The translations under genes were made by a program, and so were the position numbers. Below the pieces are notes generated by a model. It saw only the letters and a list, made by a program, of their open reading frames with translations. It made no database searches and was not told the origin of the DNA. Of a DNA stretch of 64,000 bases, positions 22,845 through 33,856 are shown one piece after another. The stretch comes from an uncultured Methanosarcinaceae archaeon. GTDB lineage: Archaea; Halobacteriota; Methanosarcinia; Methanosarcinales; Methanosarcinaceae. The stretch is from NCBI GenBank assembly GCA_963847185.1, contig CAWJYV010000008.1, positions 384,001 to 448,000 on the forward strand, written 5' to 3'. Every line of letters begins with the position of its first letter. Position 1 is the first letter of the stretch.

Positions 22845-24017
22845 ATGAGAGACGTAGCAATTATCGGAGTAAAGAATACCAAGTTCGGAGAACTCTGGGA
22901 AAAATCCCTGAGGGACATAGTCGTAGAAGCCGGAATAGGTGCAATCGAAGATGCAGGTGTTAGCGGAAAAGAAATAAATGCTCTCTATGTAGGGAACATG
23001 AGTGGAGGCCGCTTTGTTGAGCAGGAACATATAGGAGCTCTTATCGCAGATTATTCCGGGCTTTCCAGAAATCTTCACATTCCGGCTACCAGAGTAGAGG
23101 CTGCCTGTGCATCTGGCGGGCTTGCTCTTCGCCAGGCCATTATGTCTGTAGCATCTGGTTATACTGACATCGTGGTTGCGGCCGGGGCAGAGAAGATGAC
23201 CGATGTCGGGTCTGAAGAAGCATCTGCAGCTCTTGCGGCAGCAGCCGACAGGGAATGGGAAGGCATGGCAGGGGCAACTTTCCCTGGCCTTTATGCAATG
23301 ATTGCGAAATTGCATATGCACAAATATGGAACCACAAGCGAACAGCTTGCAGAAGTTGCCGTAAAAAACCATAAAAACGGTTCTTTCAACCCTATAGCTC
23401 AATATAAAAACACAATTACTGTGGAAGATGTCTTGAAATCCATAATGGTAGCAGATCCTCTGCATATTTTCGACTGCTCTCCAATAACGGATGGAGCTTC
23501 AGCCCTTGTGCTTGCTCCTGCTGATATCGCCCACAAATATACCGATACCCCCATTTATATCAAGGCAACAGCCCAGGCAAGTGATACGATTGCGCTTCAT
23601 GATAGAAGGGATATAACGACTCTGGATGCAACTGTAATGGCTGCAAAGCGAGCCTATGATATGGCAAAGTTGAAGCCTGAAAATATTGACCTTGTGGAAG
23701 TTCACGACTGCTTTACTATTGCGGAAATATGTGCTATTGAAGATCTCGGCTTTGCAGAAAAAGGTAAAGGCGGAATTGTCACCGCAAACGGAGAAACTTC
23801 AATAGGAGGAAGAATTCCTGTCAACACATCTGGCGGCCTTAAAGCCTGCGGACATCCTGTAGGAGCAACGGGCATAAAGCAAGCAGTAGAAGTTGTGACC
23901 CAGCTGCGCGGAGAGGCAGGCAAACGCCAGGTAGCAGGTGCAAAGTATGGAATGACCCACAATGTAGGAGGGTCAGGAGCAACAGCAGTAGTACACATCT
24001 TCTCGAGGGAGAGGTGA
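22845..24017 (+). CDS. Acetoacetyl-CoA thiolase (archaeal)
   Basis: [30 protein letters not shown]. Confidence 0.94.
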   Translation: MRDVAIIGVKNTKFGELWEKSLRDIVVEAGIGAIEDAGVSGKEINALYVGNMSGGRFVEQEHIGALIADYSGLSRNLHIPATRVEAACASGGLALRQAIMSVASGYTDIVVAAGAEKMTDVGSEEASAALAAAADREWEGMAGATFPGLYAMIAKLHMHKYGTTSEQLAEVAVKNHKNGSFNPIAQYKNTITVEDVLKSIMVADPLHIFDCSPITDGASALVLAPADIAHKYTDTPIYIKATAQASDTIALHDRRDITTLDATVMAAKRAYDMAKLKPENIDLVEVHDCFTIAEICAIEDLGFAEKGKGGIVTANGETSIGGRIPVNTSGGLKACGHPVGATGIKQAVEVVTQLRGEAGKRQVAGAKYGMTHNVGGSGATAVVHIFSRER

Positions 24018-24022
24018 TATAG

Positions 24023-24421
24023 ATGTCTTCCGTTCCAAGATTCTGGAGAAATCTCGACAGCCGGTATAATCTTGTAGGTACCCGCTGCAAAGAATGTGGA
24101 AATTTTTTCTATCCACCACGTAATTTCTGCGTAAACTGCAGGCGTACAGGTCAGATTGAGACCTACAAGTTTAAAGGTACAGGCGAAATAGTAAGCTACA
24201 CATTAATTCATACAGCTGCAGAGGGTTTTGAAAACCAGGCTCCCTATACACTTGCAATAATTCAGCTTGATGAGGGTCCCCGTCTTACTTCTCAGGTAGT
24301 TGGTGACCCTGAAAAGATGCATATCGGAATGAGGGTAAGATCCATTTTCCGTAAGCTCGGGGAAGATGGTGAACGCGGTATGATTTACTACGGTACCAAA
24401 TTCACCCCTGCAGACGCATAA
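24023..24421 (+). CDS. DUF35 Zn-ribbon/OB-fold scaffold of the thiolase/HMG-CoA synthase complex
   Basis: CKECG...PPRNFCVNC zinc ribbon plus OB fold ending YGTKF; directly follows the thiolase. Confidence 0.92.
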   Translation: MSSVPRFWRNLDSRYNLVGTRCKECGNFFYPPRNFCVNCRRTGQIETYKFKGTGEIVSYTLIHTAAEGFENQAPYTLAIIQLDEGPRLTSQVVGDPEKMHIGMRVRSIFRKLGEDGERGMIYYGTKFTPADA

Positions 24422-24461
24422 CAGGATCCGGGCTTTCCGGATTCTATATTTAAATTAAGTT

Positions 24462-24529
24462 TAAACACACCACCACTAAACACACCACCATTAAACACAC
24501 CACCATTAAACACACACCAAAACACCACA
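24462..24529. repeat. 15-bp tandem repeat, 3 full copies plus degenerate copies
   Basis: TAAACACACCACCA(C/T) x3, then TAAACACACACCAAAACACCAC. Confidence 0.85.
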
Positions 24530-24794
24530 TTTCTTCACCAATCTTCAAAAATAAGTACGGAAAGCGGGAATGCAAGTAAATATTGCACCCGTGTTTCCTT
24601 TCTTCTATATTTTCTCATTTTTGATTATCGTAATTTTTGGGAAATTTCTCCTAACTGCCAATTTCCTAGCTGTCGATTTTTTGTTCCTGATTTTGGACTA
24701 AAGTTTTAAGTGCATTTGCTGTATTATTCAAGTTCAGAACTATTTTGAAGACTTTCCGGAATTTTTCCGGGTAGAATTGGAGATGTTTGTAAAT

Positions 24795-25328
24795 ATGATT
24801 GAAATAGAAGTCAAGGTCAGAGCTGATCATTCAAAAGTTCGCTCCGTCCTTAAGAATATAGGGGCAACGAAAGTTGGGGTTGAAAATCAGTCAGATTCTT
24901 ATTTTGCAGCCCCACACCGAGATTTTGCAAAAACCGACGAAGCTCTCAGAATTCGTTCTCTGGAAGGTCAGGCTGTCCTGACTTATAAAGGTCCTAAGAT
25001 TGATAAAGTCTCTAAAACCAGGGAAGAACTTGAAACTCCTGTAGATGAAGCCGCTACCACAAAAATACTCCATGCTCTTGGCTTCTCGGATGCGGGAATA
25101 GTTCGAAAAAAAAGGGAAGTATTCAGCGCAGGAGAGATAACTGTCTGCCTTGATGCAGTTGAAGGTCTCGGAGAATTTCTTGAAGTCGAAATTGTTGCTG
25201 AAAACGAAAAAGAACTCGATACTACAAGGGAAAAGCTGTTTGAATTCTTAAAACAATTTGGCGCCGGAGAAAAGGACTCTATCAGAACTTCTTACCTTGA
25301 AATGGTACTAGAGAAAAAAAGTCATTAA
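24795..25328 (+). CDS. cyaB: CYTH-domain protein (class IV adenylate cyclase-like)
   Basis: IEIEVK (ExExK), LRIR, LTYKGPK, REELE, FLEVE, SYLE. Confidence 0.9.
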   Translation: MIEIEVKVRADHSKVRSVLKNIGATKVGVENQSDSYFAAPHRDFAKTDEALRIRSLEGQAVLTYKGPKIDKVSKTREELETPVDEAATTKILHALGFSDAGIVRKKREVFSAGEITVCLDAVEGLGEFLEVEIVAENEKELDTTREKLFEFLKQFGAGEKDSIRTSYLEMVLEKKSH

Positions 25329-25469
25329 TCTACCCTATATTTGGAATTTGCTTCTTTAATCAATATTTTGAGTGGTAATATAAAAAGAAGATCCTGATAA
25401 CTTATGTTTAATTATTTACTCTTTCAAGAAGTAATGTATTTCTAAATTAGGGTATATACAAATGAAAAA

Positions 25470-27414
25470 AATAAACTCTTCCTAAAGAATCTCCAGCAAC
25501 AATAATATTTTCGTCCTTTAAAATATCAATAGCTGTAAACGGGACATCTCCTGTAAAACAAGAGACTTCAGTACTGATTTCTAAATCCCAAACTTTTAGG
25601 GTTTTATCCGTCGAACCTGAAACAACGTACCTTGGATTAGAGGTGACTGCGACTAAACCGGCAGAATCTGTGTGTCCTTTAAGTGACTTTTTAGCTACTT
25701 TTTTTTCCATGTCCAGAACTTTAATTGTTCTATCGTATGAAGTCGAAACTGCATATTTTCCATCAGGTGTAATCACAATTTTTACTGGTAAAGAGTTATG
25801 TCCTTCCAATGTCACAATTTCGTCTCCTCTTCCCAAACTCCAAATCTTGTGGGTACCATCTCCTGAAGCTGAAACAGCATACTTACCATCTGAAGTTATC
25901 GCTACTGAACCTATGGATCCTGAATGACCCACAAGATTTACTATCTCTATTCCTTTCTCTAAATCCCACACTTTAAGAATTTCATCATGTGAACATGATA
26001 CGACATACTTTGTATTGGGTATGATAGAAATAGTGGACACATAGTCTTTGTGCCCTTTCAATGTTGTTTTTTCTCTCCCTTTTTCCAAATCCCAAACTTT
26101 AAGTGTTTTATCGTCTGAACCTGAAATAGCATACTTTCCATCTGAGGTAATTGCTACTGAAGTCACTCCATCCTTATGCCCTCTTAAAGTCATTTGTTCG
26201 TTTTCTTTTTCCAAGTCCCAAACCCTTAAGGTTTTATCACTTGAACCTGAAACAACATAATTCCCATTAGGGGTTATCGCAAAATCAGTTACTGATTCAA
26301 AATGCCCTTTTAAAGTTGTTTTCTCTTCCCTTTTTCTCAAGTCCCAAACCTTTAGGGTTCCATCGTATGAACCTGAAACAGCATATTTTCCGTCAGGAGT
26401 GATCACTATTTTATTTACTGGTTTTGAATGTCCTTTAGATATTGCTTTGTCATCTCGTTTTCTCAAATCCCAAACTTTTAGAGTTTTATCACTTGAACCT
26501 GAAACAGCATATCTTCCATTAGGAGTAATCGCGATTTTATTTACTGAGTCTGAGTGTCCTATCAAAGTCGAAATTTCTTCCCTTTTTCCCAAGTCCCAAA
26601 CCTTTAGGGTTCCATCGTATGACCCTGAAACGACATGCTTTCCATCAGGTGTGATTATAATTTCAGTTACTGGCTCTGAATGCCCTTTTAAAGTTGCTTT
26701 TTCTTCTCCGGTCTCTAAGTCCCAAACCTTTAGGGTTCCATCAGATGAACCCGAAACAACAAGTTTCCCATCAGAAGGTATCGCAAAATCAGTTACTGGC
26801 TCTGAATGCCCTTTTAAAGTTGTTTTTTCTTCTCCTGTTTCCAAGTCCCAAACCTTTAGGGTTCCATCGTGTGAACCTGAAACAACATGTCTTCCATTAG
26901 AAGTGATTGCAATTGAAAATACCTTCTCGTGCCCTCTCAAAGTTGCTATTTCTTCCCCTTTTTCCAAATCCCAGACTTTAATGATATTATCTCCTGGAAT
27001 TTCATGTAGTGAATTCTCTAAATGGTCAAAAGCGGAAGAAGAAGTAGAAATTACGTATTTTCCATTGGGAGTTATTACAACTTTATTTATCGGCCCTTCA
27101 TGTCCTACTAATGTTGTTTTCTCTCTTCCTGTTCCCAAATCCCAAATTTTAATAGTTTTATCAAGTGAGCCCGAAACGACATATTTTCCGTCTGGAGTGA
27201 TAGCAACTGTTTGAACCCAATGTGTGTGTCCTTTAAGAGTCGTTTTTTCTTCTATTTTTTCCAAATCCCAAATCTTGATATTCTTATCTCCAAACAAGCA
27301 CATTATGTGGTAAGAACAAGAAGCGGCATATTTTCCGTCCAATGATACCGCAATTGCAGTTACAGGAGTGGAATGTCCCTGCAACGTCCCTTTTTCTACC
27401 CATTCATTCAAATC
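25470..27414 (-). repeat. WD40 repeat array, 126-bp period, several units highly similar in DNA
   Basis: AAGTCCCAAACCTTTAGGGTTCCATC identical at 26339, 26591, 26717 and 26843. Confidence 0.9.
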
Positions 27415-27422
27415 CCAAATTT

Positions 27423-28162
27423 GGCATTGGTATCTAAATACTGATATATATTATGAGAACTTATACCTCTTGATGAACTGTCCAAGATGTAAGAGTCTCG
27501 ATCATAATAAGAATGGTAAAGTTAATGGCCGTCAACGCTACAAATGCTCTGATTGTGGGTATAATTATTCAGTAGAGCTAAAATCAACTGCTAGCTCCCC
27601 TTCTGTTAAGAGACAGGCTTTACAACTCTATCTTGAAGGATTAGGATTTCGGTCAATAGGGCGTTTTTTGGGAGTAAGTCATGTTTCTATCCAAAAATGG
27701 ATAAAGAAATTTGGTCAGGAGTTAGAAGAACTAAAAAGCGAAAATGAGATCTCTATTGTTGAAATGGATGAGATGCACACTTACATCGGTAACAAAAAAA
27801 ATATTGCTGGATCTGGATTGCTGTTGATAGAGTTGGGAAAAAGTTCATCAACTGCTCTTTTGGCAGCAGAGGGACAGAAACTGGACAAAATCTCTGGGAA
27901 AAGTTAAAGGAAAAAGAGATTGAAAAAGTGATGACTGATCACTGGAGGGCATATGCAGAGTTCGTTCCAGATAAAATTCATACTCAATCAAAAGCAGAAA
28001 CGTATACTGTTGAAGGATATAACAGCATATTTAGACACTTTCTGGCAAGATTGAGAAGAAAGACAAAATGTTATACTAAGAGTCTTGAAATGCTAAAGTA
28101 TTCAGTTCTTCTCTTAATGAAATACAGAAATAATGAGTTAACTATATTTAGTTAACAATGCC
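27423..28162 (+). mobile_element. IS1-family insertion sequence, 740 bp, apparently intact
   Basis: Terminal IRs GGCATTGGTATCTAAATA / TATTTAGTTAACAATGCC (16/18 match); 8-bp TSD CCAAATTT at 27415-27422 and 28163-28170. Confidence 0.95.
27473..28155 (+). CDS. IS1 transposase (InsA/InsB, programmed -1 frameshift)
   Basis: MNCPRC...GRQRYKCSDC zinc finger and HTH; DEMHT, then A8 run at 27794-27801 shifts to YCWIWIAVDR...MTDHW...VEGYNS..RHFLARLRRKT. Confidence 0.9.
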
Positions 28163-31100
28163 CCAAATTTTAATAGTTTTGTCCGTTGAAGCAGAAATTG
28201 CATATTTTCCATTGGATGTGATAACAACATCGTTTATCGGATATGTGTGTGCTTCAAAAGTTCTTTTCAGCGAGCCACCGGGTGGTTTTAGGCAAGGTTG
28301 AAGAGGTATTATTTTGACACCGTTTTCTTTCCATTCAGTAGCTTGATCCAACAGTAGTCGTATCCCTTCATTTTGATTGAAAACGTGCAGTCGTCCAATA
28401 AGTTGTCCAGAAAATTGAGCTTCACCTTTAACTATAACGTCAAAAGAAAGCTGGATTGCTCCTTTCACAAGTTCAATTTCTGGTTCATTAGAGATAGATT
28501 CGTAATCATGAAGTAGGGAATTTAAATCAGGTATTCCTTTTCCGTCTTTTTCCTGCATTAAACGAACACATTTGATCTTTTTGCACATCCATTCAAAATT
28601 CAAAAGAAGCTTGCGAAGCTCTTCTCTTTTTCCTGCTTCTTTCATATGATATGCAAGATGTCTGTAAAAATAGCCATCTTCAGGACCTGAACTCCATTTA
28701 TTGTCACATTCCTTCCCATATGCTTCCAGTATATTGTTATGGAGGTTGGGAAAATCGCCTGCTTTTGCTCTCAGGTAGTCGAACTGAAGGTCATGTAAAG
28801 ATATAAGACGATTAGGGGCTTCACCATCAAGCCGCAAAAGAGATCTGTCTTTTAATTTAGTAAGCAGCTTTTCAACGTTACGTCTTTTCAGATTTCCAGT
28901 ATGTCCCCATAGAGTTGTAATCGTAGCTTCAGGCACTAATTCATCTTCAGGGAAGATCACTAATTCCTGATAACGCAGTACAGCATTAGGGTCTTCGTGT
29001 GAGAGAAAATCAACACTAACTTTCAATGCTCTTCCTACATTGGGATCTGGATAATTTGGTAAATGAGCTTCAATGAATTCAAGATCAGCTTCTTGTAAAG
29101 CTTCAAGGATATACATCCATGATATTCCACTTTTGGCCATAGCACCACATATGGATAGAGCAAGTGGTAGGTATCCGCATTCTCTGGCAATCTCTGCAGC
29201 GTGAGATGGCAATGAATTAACTTCCTCTTCGCACCAGTTTGCCAGAAGTTTCAAAGCGTCAGGTTCGCTTAGTACTTCGATTTTATGTTCTTGAGCTCCA
29301 AGAGAAGTGACCACATCATTATTTCGTGTGGTAATAAGTAGCCTGCAGCGTGAACCTAAAGCATTGACGAAAGGTGTAGCTTGTGGAACTTTCCATATGT
29401 CATCAAGTACAATGAGGCATATCTTTTCAGAAAGTACATTTGAAAGACTTGCTTCAGCTTCTCTTTTGCTTCTATAATTTGCAGGGTCATCTCCAAATTT
29501 TGTCCCAATCAATCTCATGTACTCAATAAGATCAGAATCCGATGTATCCAATCCAACAGTTACCCAGAATATCCCATCACAAAAAGCTCTACGAGTTTCC
29601 ACAGCGCGGGCAAAAGCTGTTGATAGTACAGATTTTCCCATTCCCCCCATACCTTGAAGGGCGGTAATCTTCTTTGAGGATGTGATTACCACAGGTTTAA
29701 CAGTGTCAGCTAATATTATTTCTTTAATTATATTGAGGTCATCTTTTCTAGGTAAGTAGTTAGGGGGTAGTGAGGGAACTCCAATTAAAGGACCAAGTGG
29801 AGGGATAGGCTCTTTTATAAGCCGGATCAGTTCTTCGAGCGCTTCGTCATAAGGACGCGTTTCTCGGAAATCCGGGCAATGTAGTTTCGACATTTCAGGG
29901 AGAAGTAATTTATAATCCCCCATACGCAAAATTGGAATTACACCTTTACTAAAAAGAAGGGCGTGTTCCCATTCATACCTAACAGAATCGGATTCTAATG
30001 CTTTAGGTCCGATAACGGCAATTAACAGGTCTGAGTCCTCAATTGCATCTCGTATTTCCTGTAGAAAAGTTCTGCCGCGATTTTTCATAGCGGCTCTGTC
30101 CCACCAGATCTTAAAACTTTTCTCTTTAAGATCTTTATAGAGTTTTTCTACAAATGGTTCGTCATCTTCTCGGGCATATGAAATAAATAAGGATGGTAGT
30201 TTTTCAACTGGACTTTCTTTTTCTTCAATTCCTATGGAGCTATCGCTTATAAGCTTTTTAATATCGTTAAATCCGTTTGCTACTTCTTTTTTTATATCGA
30301 AGTGCCGACGGTTGGCGAGGGCATTAGAAGCACCTGAAGATCCCTCATTTGCTGCTCTGTTTAGAGAAACTTGAATTCCTTCGTCCAGTACCTCAAATAC
30401 CTTAAATAAAAAAGAATTTCTTTCCTCGGTTTCCAGATCTCTTCTTCCATTCTCTATCCTTATTGTCTTGGGAAACAATGATACAAAATTTTTCTTGATA
30501 TCGTCAAGGTTTTTATTCATACCACTTTGAAACACATACAATTGCTTGATTATTGATTCGATATCCTCAGATTCGTATAAAATCTCACAAATAGCCTTTA
30601 TATCCTCTTGATATATCAGAGGAAACTCTTCTAATTCTGTTTTCGCTATAATTATTTTTTCAAAATCAGCTTCTCTAATTGCTGTTTTCTCAATCGGCTC
30701 CCTTTCAAAAATATAGCTTTTTACTTTATTATATAGGTAGACCCCTACGCTGCTTATCCCTCCACTTATTAAATCTTCAGCAGTAGGTTTCATGGTGTAC
30801 CCTTGGAATTTTAGTCTCATGTTTCGAGGAATTATTTCCCAATTAAACCTTTCGTTTTTGTTTATTTGGGATCTTTTTTAAGTTTTTACAAGTAAAAAAG
30901 TTCCTTCCCATTTTATTAGGTAGTTATGTTGATATTTGGTAAAACAAAACAATGATTATCTACAAGTTCTTTTTCTGATCCTTCCCTCGTAATCAGCCTT
31001 CTTACGCTGTTTTTGTCACGCTCGCTTGCGAGCGGCTTTTCTTATGAAATATAAAAAGGATATATTACTCCAAGAATACATTCTTTAAAAGAAGGAGCAA

Positions 31101-31789
31101 TTACTCAGAACCTGATTCCATTTTATTTCTATTTTCCCCATATCATTAAGGGTTATTGAGTCTCATTTAATAAATTAAGTGTAACTTCAGATATTTCTAA
31201 AAAAAAATATATTGTAATAGGATTATTTGCTATTCAAAGGGATAAAAAATTTTAATTTTTGGTTTCAAATATCTTTAATCCTTATTTTGGATTTTTTATT
31301 TAGTATACTAAATAAAAAAGCTGGATGCCGTAATTGAAAATAATTATAATTTGTCAATATATTAAGGTTTTATTCAACTTTATTACTCCTTTTAACGATT
31401 AATAAAATTTATTTTTCCGCATATCTGTCTATTATTATCTATTTTGATATAAGAGATTGCTTTATTAGCTTATTGTCAAAATAAACAATTTAAATCATTT
31501 ATTTTATACTCTCTTTTTAAAGAAACCTATTATTGCATCTTTATGAACATTTATCTGCATTTTTCCTATTTCGATTATCAACACACTATTAATATTTATT
31601 TTAGCTTTCAGTAGCTATATATCTTTAACTTAATATGATATTATCTAATGAATGTTCTTTCAATAGTAAAAAAGAATATTCATAGTAAAACTAGAACTTA
31701 AATAATCAATCTAACTAAGGGAATCAAATTGAAAGTACACCAGTTTAAGAATTGTGTTAAATCTGGAGAATAGTGGGGAATCAAGACAA

Positions 31790-33399
31790 ATGCCAAAACA
31801 AGTCTTTGACGTCATAAAAAAGGCAGGTTATCTTTTCATGGTAACCTTAATGTTATTAACACCTGCAGCTGCAGAGAGCAACGCAGGAAGCAAAAGCATT
31901 ACATATAACAATGGGACGAGTTCAGGGAACTCATTTGAAGATGTCTCATTGGAAAATGTCGAATTTAACAATGTGACATTTATCAATGTTACATTTATCA
32001 ATGTTTCAATTAACACTCTCACAATTAACAATCTCACAACAGTTAGCAATGGACTGGATGCAAATGGGCAGGATGCAGGAAGTGCCGAAAATAGCGCCGA
32101 AAATTGCACCGATACCAAAGTTGTCCGTAAATTATCGGGTTCCAAGCACTCTAGTCACAGTAATGCGGCCACAGCAGCAAGTACCGCAGCAGCGAGTGCT
32201 ACAGCAGCAAGTACCGCAGCAGCGAGTACTACACCAAGCAGTACCATAAATAGTGGAGATTATGCAGGGAGCAGATCATATAATGGAACTGATGCAGGAA
32301 ATACCGTAAATAATGGTACTTACGCAGCAGCAACCTTTAATAATGGTACTTACGCAGGAGCAATCTTCAACTATGGAGTATACGCAGGCTCCAGATTTTA
32401 TGGTGATGAGGCAGGAAACACTGAAAACAGTGGGGAATCTGCAGCAAGCACCTATAATGATGCAGATGGGTCAGGAAGCACCTATAATGATGGTGAGAAT
32501 GCAGGCTCCAGAGCTTACGAGGGGTCAGGAGCAGGAAGCACCATAAATAACGGTGATGATGCAGGCGCCTACCACAATATTGGGGATGAATCATACGCCT
32601 ACGTCAATTACGGGGATGAATCAGGTGCCAAAAATTATGTTGGGGATGAAGCAGGAAACTTCGAAAATAACGGTGAAAATGCAGGAAGCAGCTATAATGA
32701 GGGTGGTACAGCAGGTGGCTACCTCAATAACGGTGAGGAATCAGGCTCCAGAAATTATGCTGAGGATTCAGGAAACACCATTAATAATGGGGGAGCTGCA
32801 GGAAGCACCTATAACAGTGGTGGTGTAGCAGGCGGTAACCTTAATAACGGAGATGGATCAGGTTCCAGAAATTATGCTGGATCAGGAGCAGGAAGCACCG
32901 TAAATAATGGTGATGGAGCAGGAAGCACCATTAATAATGGGGGAGCTGCAGGAAGCACTGTAAACAATGGAGCGATAGCAGGTTCCAGAAATTATGGTGA
33001 GAATCAGGAAACACCTATAATAATGGAGTTGTAGCAGGAAGCACTGTAAATAATGGTATTGTAGCAGGAAGCACCGTAAATAATGCTGAGGATGCAGGCT
33101 CCAGAAATTATGAGGAGAATGGAGGAAACACCGTAAATATTGGTGAGAATTCTGGAAGCACCATCAATAATGGTGATAATGCAGGAAGCACCAACAATAA
33201 TGCGGAAGATGCAGGCTCCAGAAATTATGAGGAGAATGGAGGAAACACCGAAAATAACGGGGAGAATGCAGGAAGCACCAACAATAATGGTGAGAATGCA
33301 GGAAAAACCGAAAATGAAGGTGAGAATTCAGGAAGCAGAACATATAATGGGGATAATTCAGGAAATACCATAACCAATAATTATAACACAACCGTATAA
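31790..33399 (+). CDS. Secreted Asn/Gly/Ala-rich decapeptide-repeat protein (frameshift at ~33004)
   Basis: Signal peptide ending TPAAA; NVTFI pentapeptide tract; Ala/Ser/Thr linker; 30-bp repeats AGSTxNNGxx. The repeat continues in the -1 frame after 33004 to TAA at 33397-33399. Confidence 0.8.
32240..33390 (+). repeat. ~38 imperfect 30-bp coding repeats
   Basis: Recurrent GCAGGAAGCACC...AATAATGG and GCAGGCTCCAGAAATTAT units. Confidence 0.88.
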
Positions 33400-33608
33400 T
33401 GAGCAGAACTAAATACAAAACGTAAGTATTCAACCTGAGAAAAACGAGATCAATAGCAATCTAAATTAAGATGCAATCAGCAAATTTCAGTGGGCTGGTT
33501 CTCTTTAATTATGAGCTATTGATCTTTTTTTTGGTTTTTAATTTCTCTCTCTTTTTTCTATGGGATACTATGAAGGGATTAAGGTTAACAACACTTGCTA
33601 GTTCCCTC

Positions 33609-33678
33609 TAAAGAATATCAAAAGAATATCAAAAGAATATCAAAGAGAATGTCAAGAGAATGTCAAGAGAATGTCAAA
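33609..33678. repeat. 11-bp tandem repeat with two unit variants
   Basis: (A)AAAGAATATC x3 followed by AAGAGAATGTC x3. Confidence 0.85.
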
Positions 33679-33856
33679 AATTTTTTTCATTGAGTGTGGT
33701 CCAGGATAATTCACTCTAAATTCATCGCGTGACGTTCCTGACAATATTTATAAAATTCTGTTAATAGTACTGTTTTTATTCATATGTATTTTCATAAAAA
33801 TTGTTTGTTTATTCATTCATTACAAAATATGTAGAAATGAAAGTAATTTGGTCGAC

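Larger units (their letters stand above)
25447..30793 (-). pseudogene. TIR-NB-ARC-APAF1-helical-WD40 STAND (NLR-like) protein interrupted by IS1
   Basis: TIR (LFISYAREDD...VRYEW); Walker A GMGGMGKS, Walker B LIVLDDIW, LITTR, GYLPLAL, LHDL; APAF1-like YFYRHLAYH; ~16 WD40 repeats. Removing the IS and one TSD restores frame (TIKIW|DLNEW). Alternative start at 30820. Confidence 0.92.

Noticed and set aside
24795-25328. CYTH 'cyclase' as a signalling partner of the adjacent TIR protein (CBASS/Pycsar-like)
   Set aside because: Convergent orientation; ordinary archaeal CYTH protein that appears to belong to the core flank
25643-27214. Plus-strand repetitive ORFs (e.g. 26399-27214)
   Set aside because: Antisense shadows of the WD40 repeats
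25447-27414. Diversity-generating retroelement acting on the WD40 repeats
   Set aside because: No reverse transcriptase, no non-coding template repeat, and differences are not adenine-specific as far as I can see
27368-27472. N-terminal extension of the transposase ORF (27368 start)
   Set aside because: Begins outside the IS left end (27423), in antisense WD40 sequence; the real start is ATG 27473
33032-33034. TAG ending ORF 31754-33034 as a possible pyrrolysine codon
   Set aside because: The TAG is reached only after the frameshift at ~33004; the repeat-coding frame is a different one, so readthrough would not restore the protein
32240-33390. 30-bp periodic repeats as a CRISPR array
   Set aside because: Contiguous coding repeats with third-position variation and no unique spacers
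31986-33433. Short ORFs with MVRMQEAPTI-like or His/Cys-rich repeats
   Set aside because: Alternative-frame and antisense shadows of the decapeptide-repeat gene
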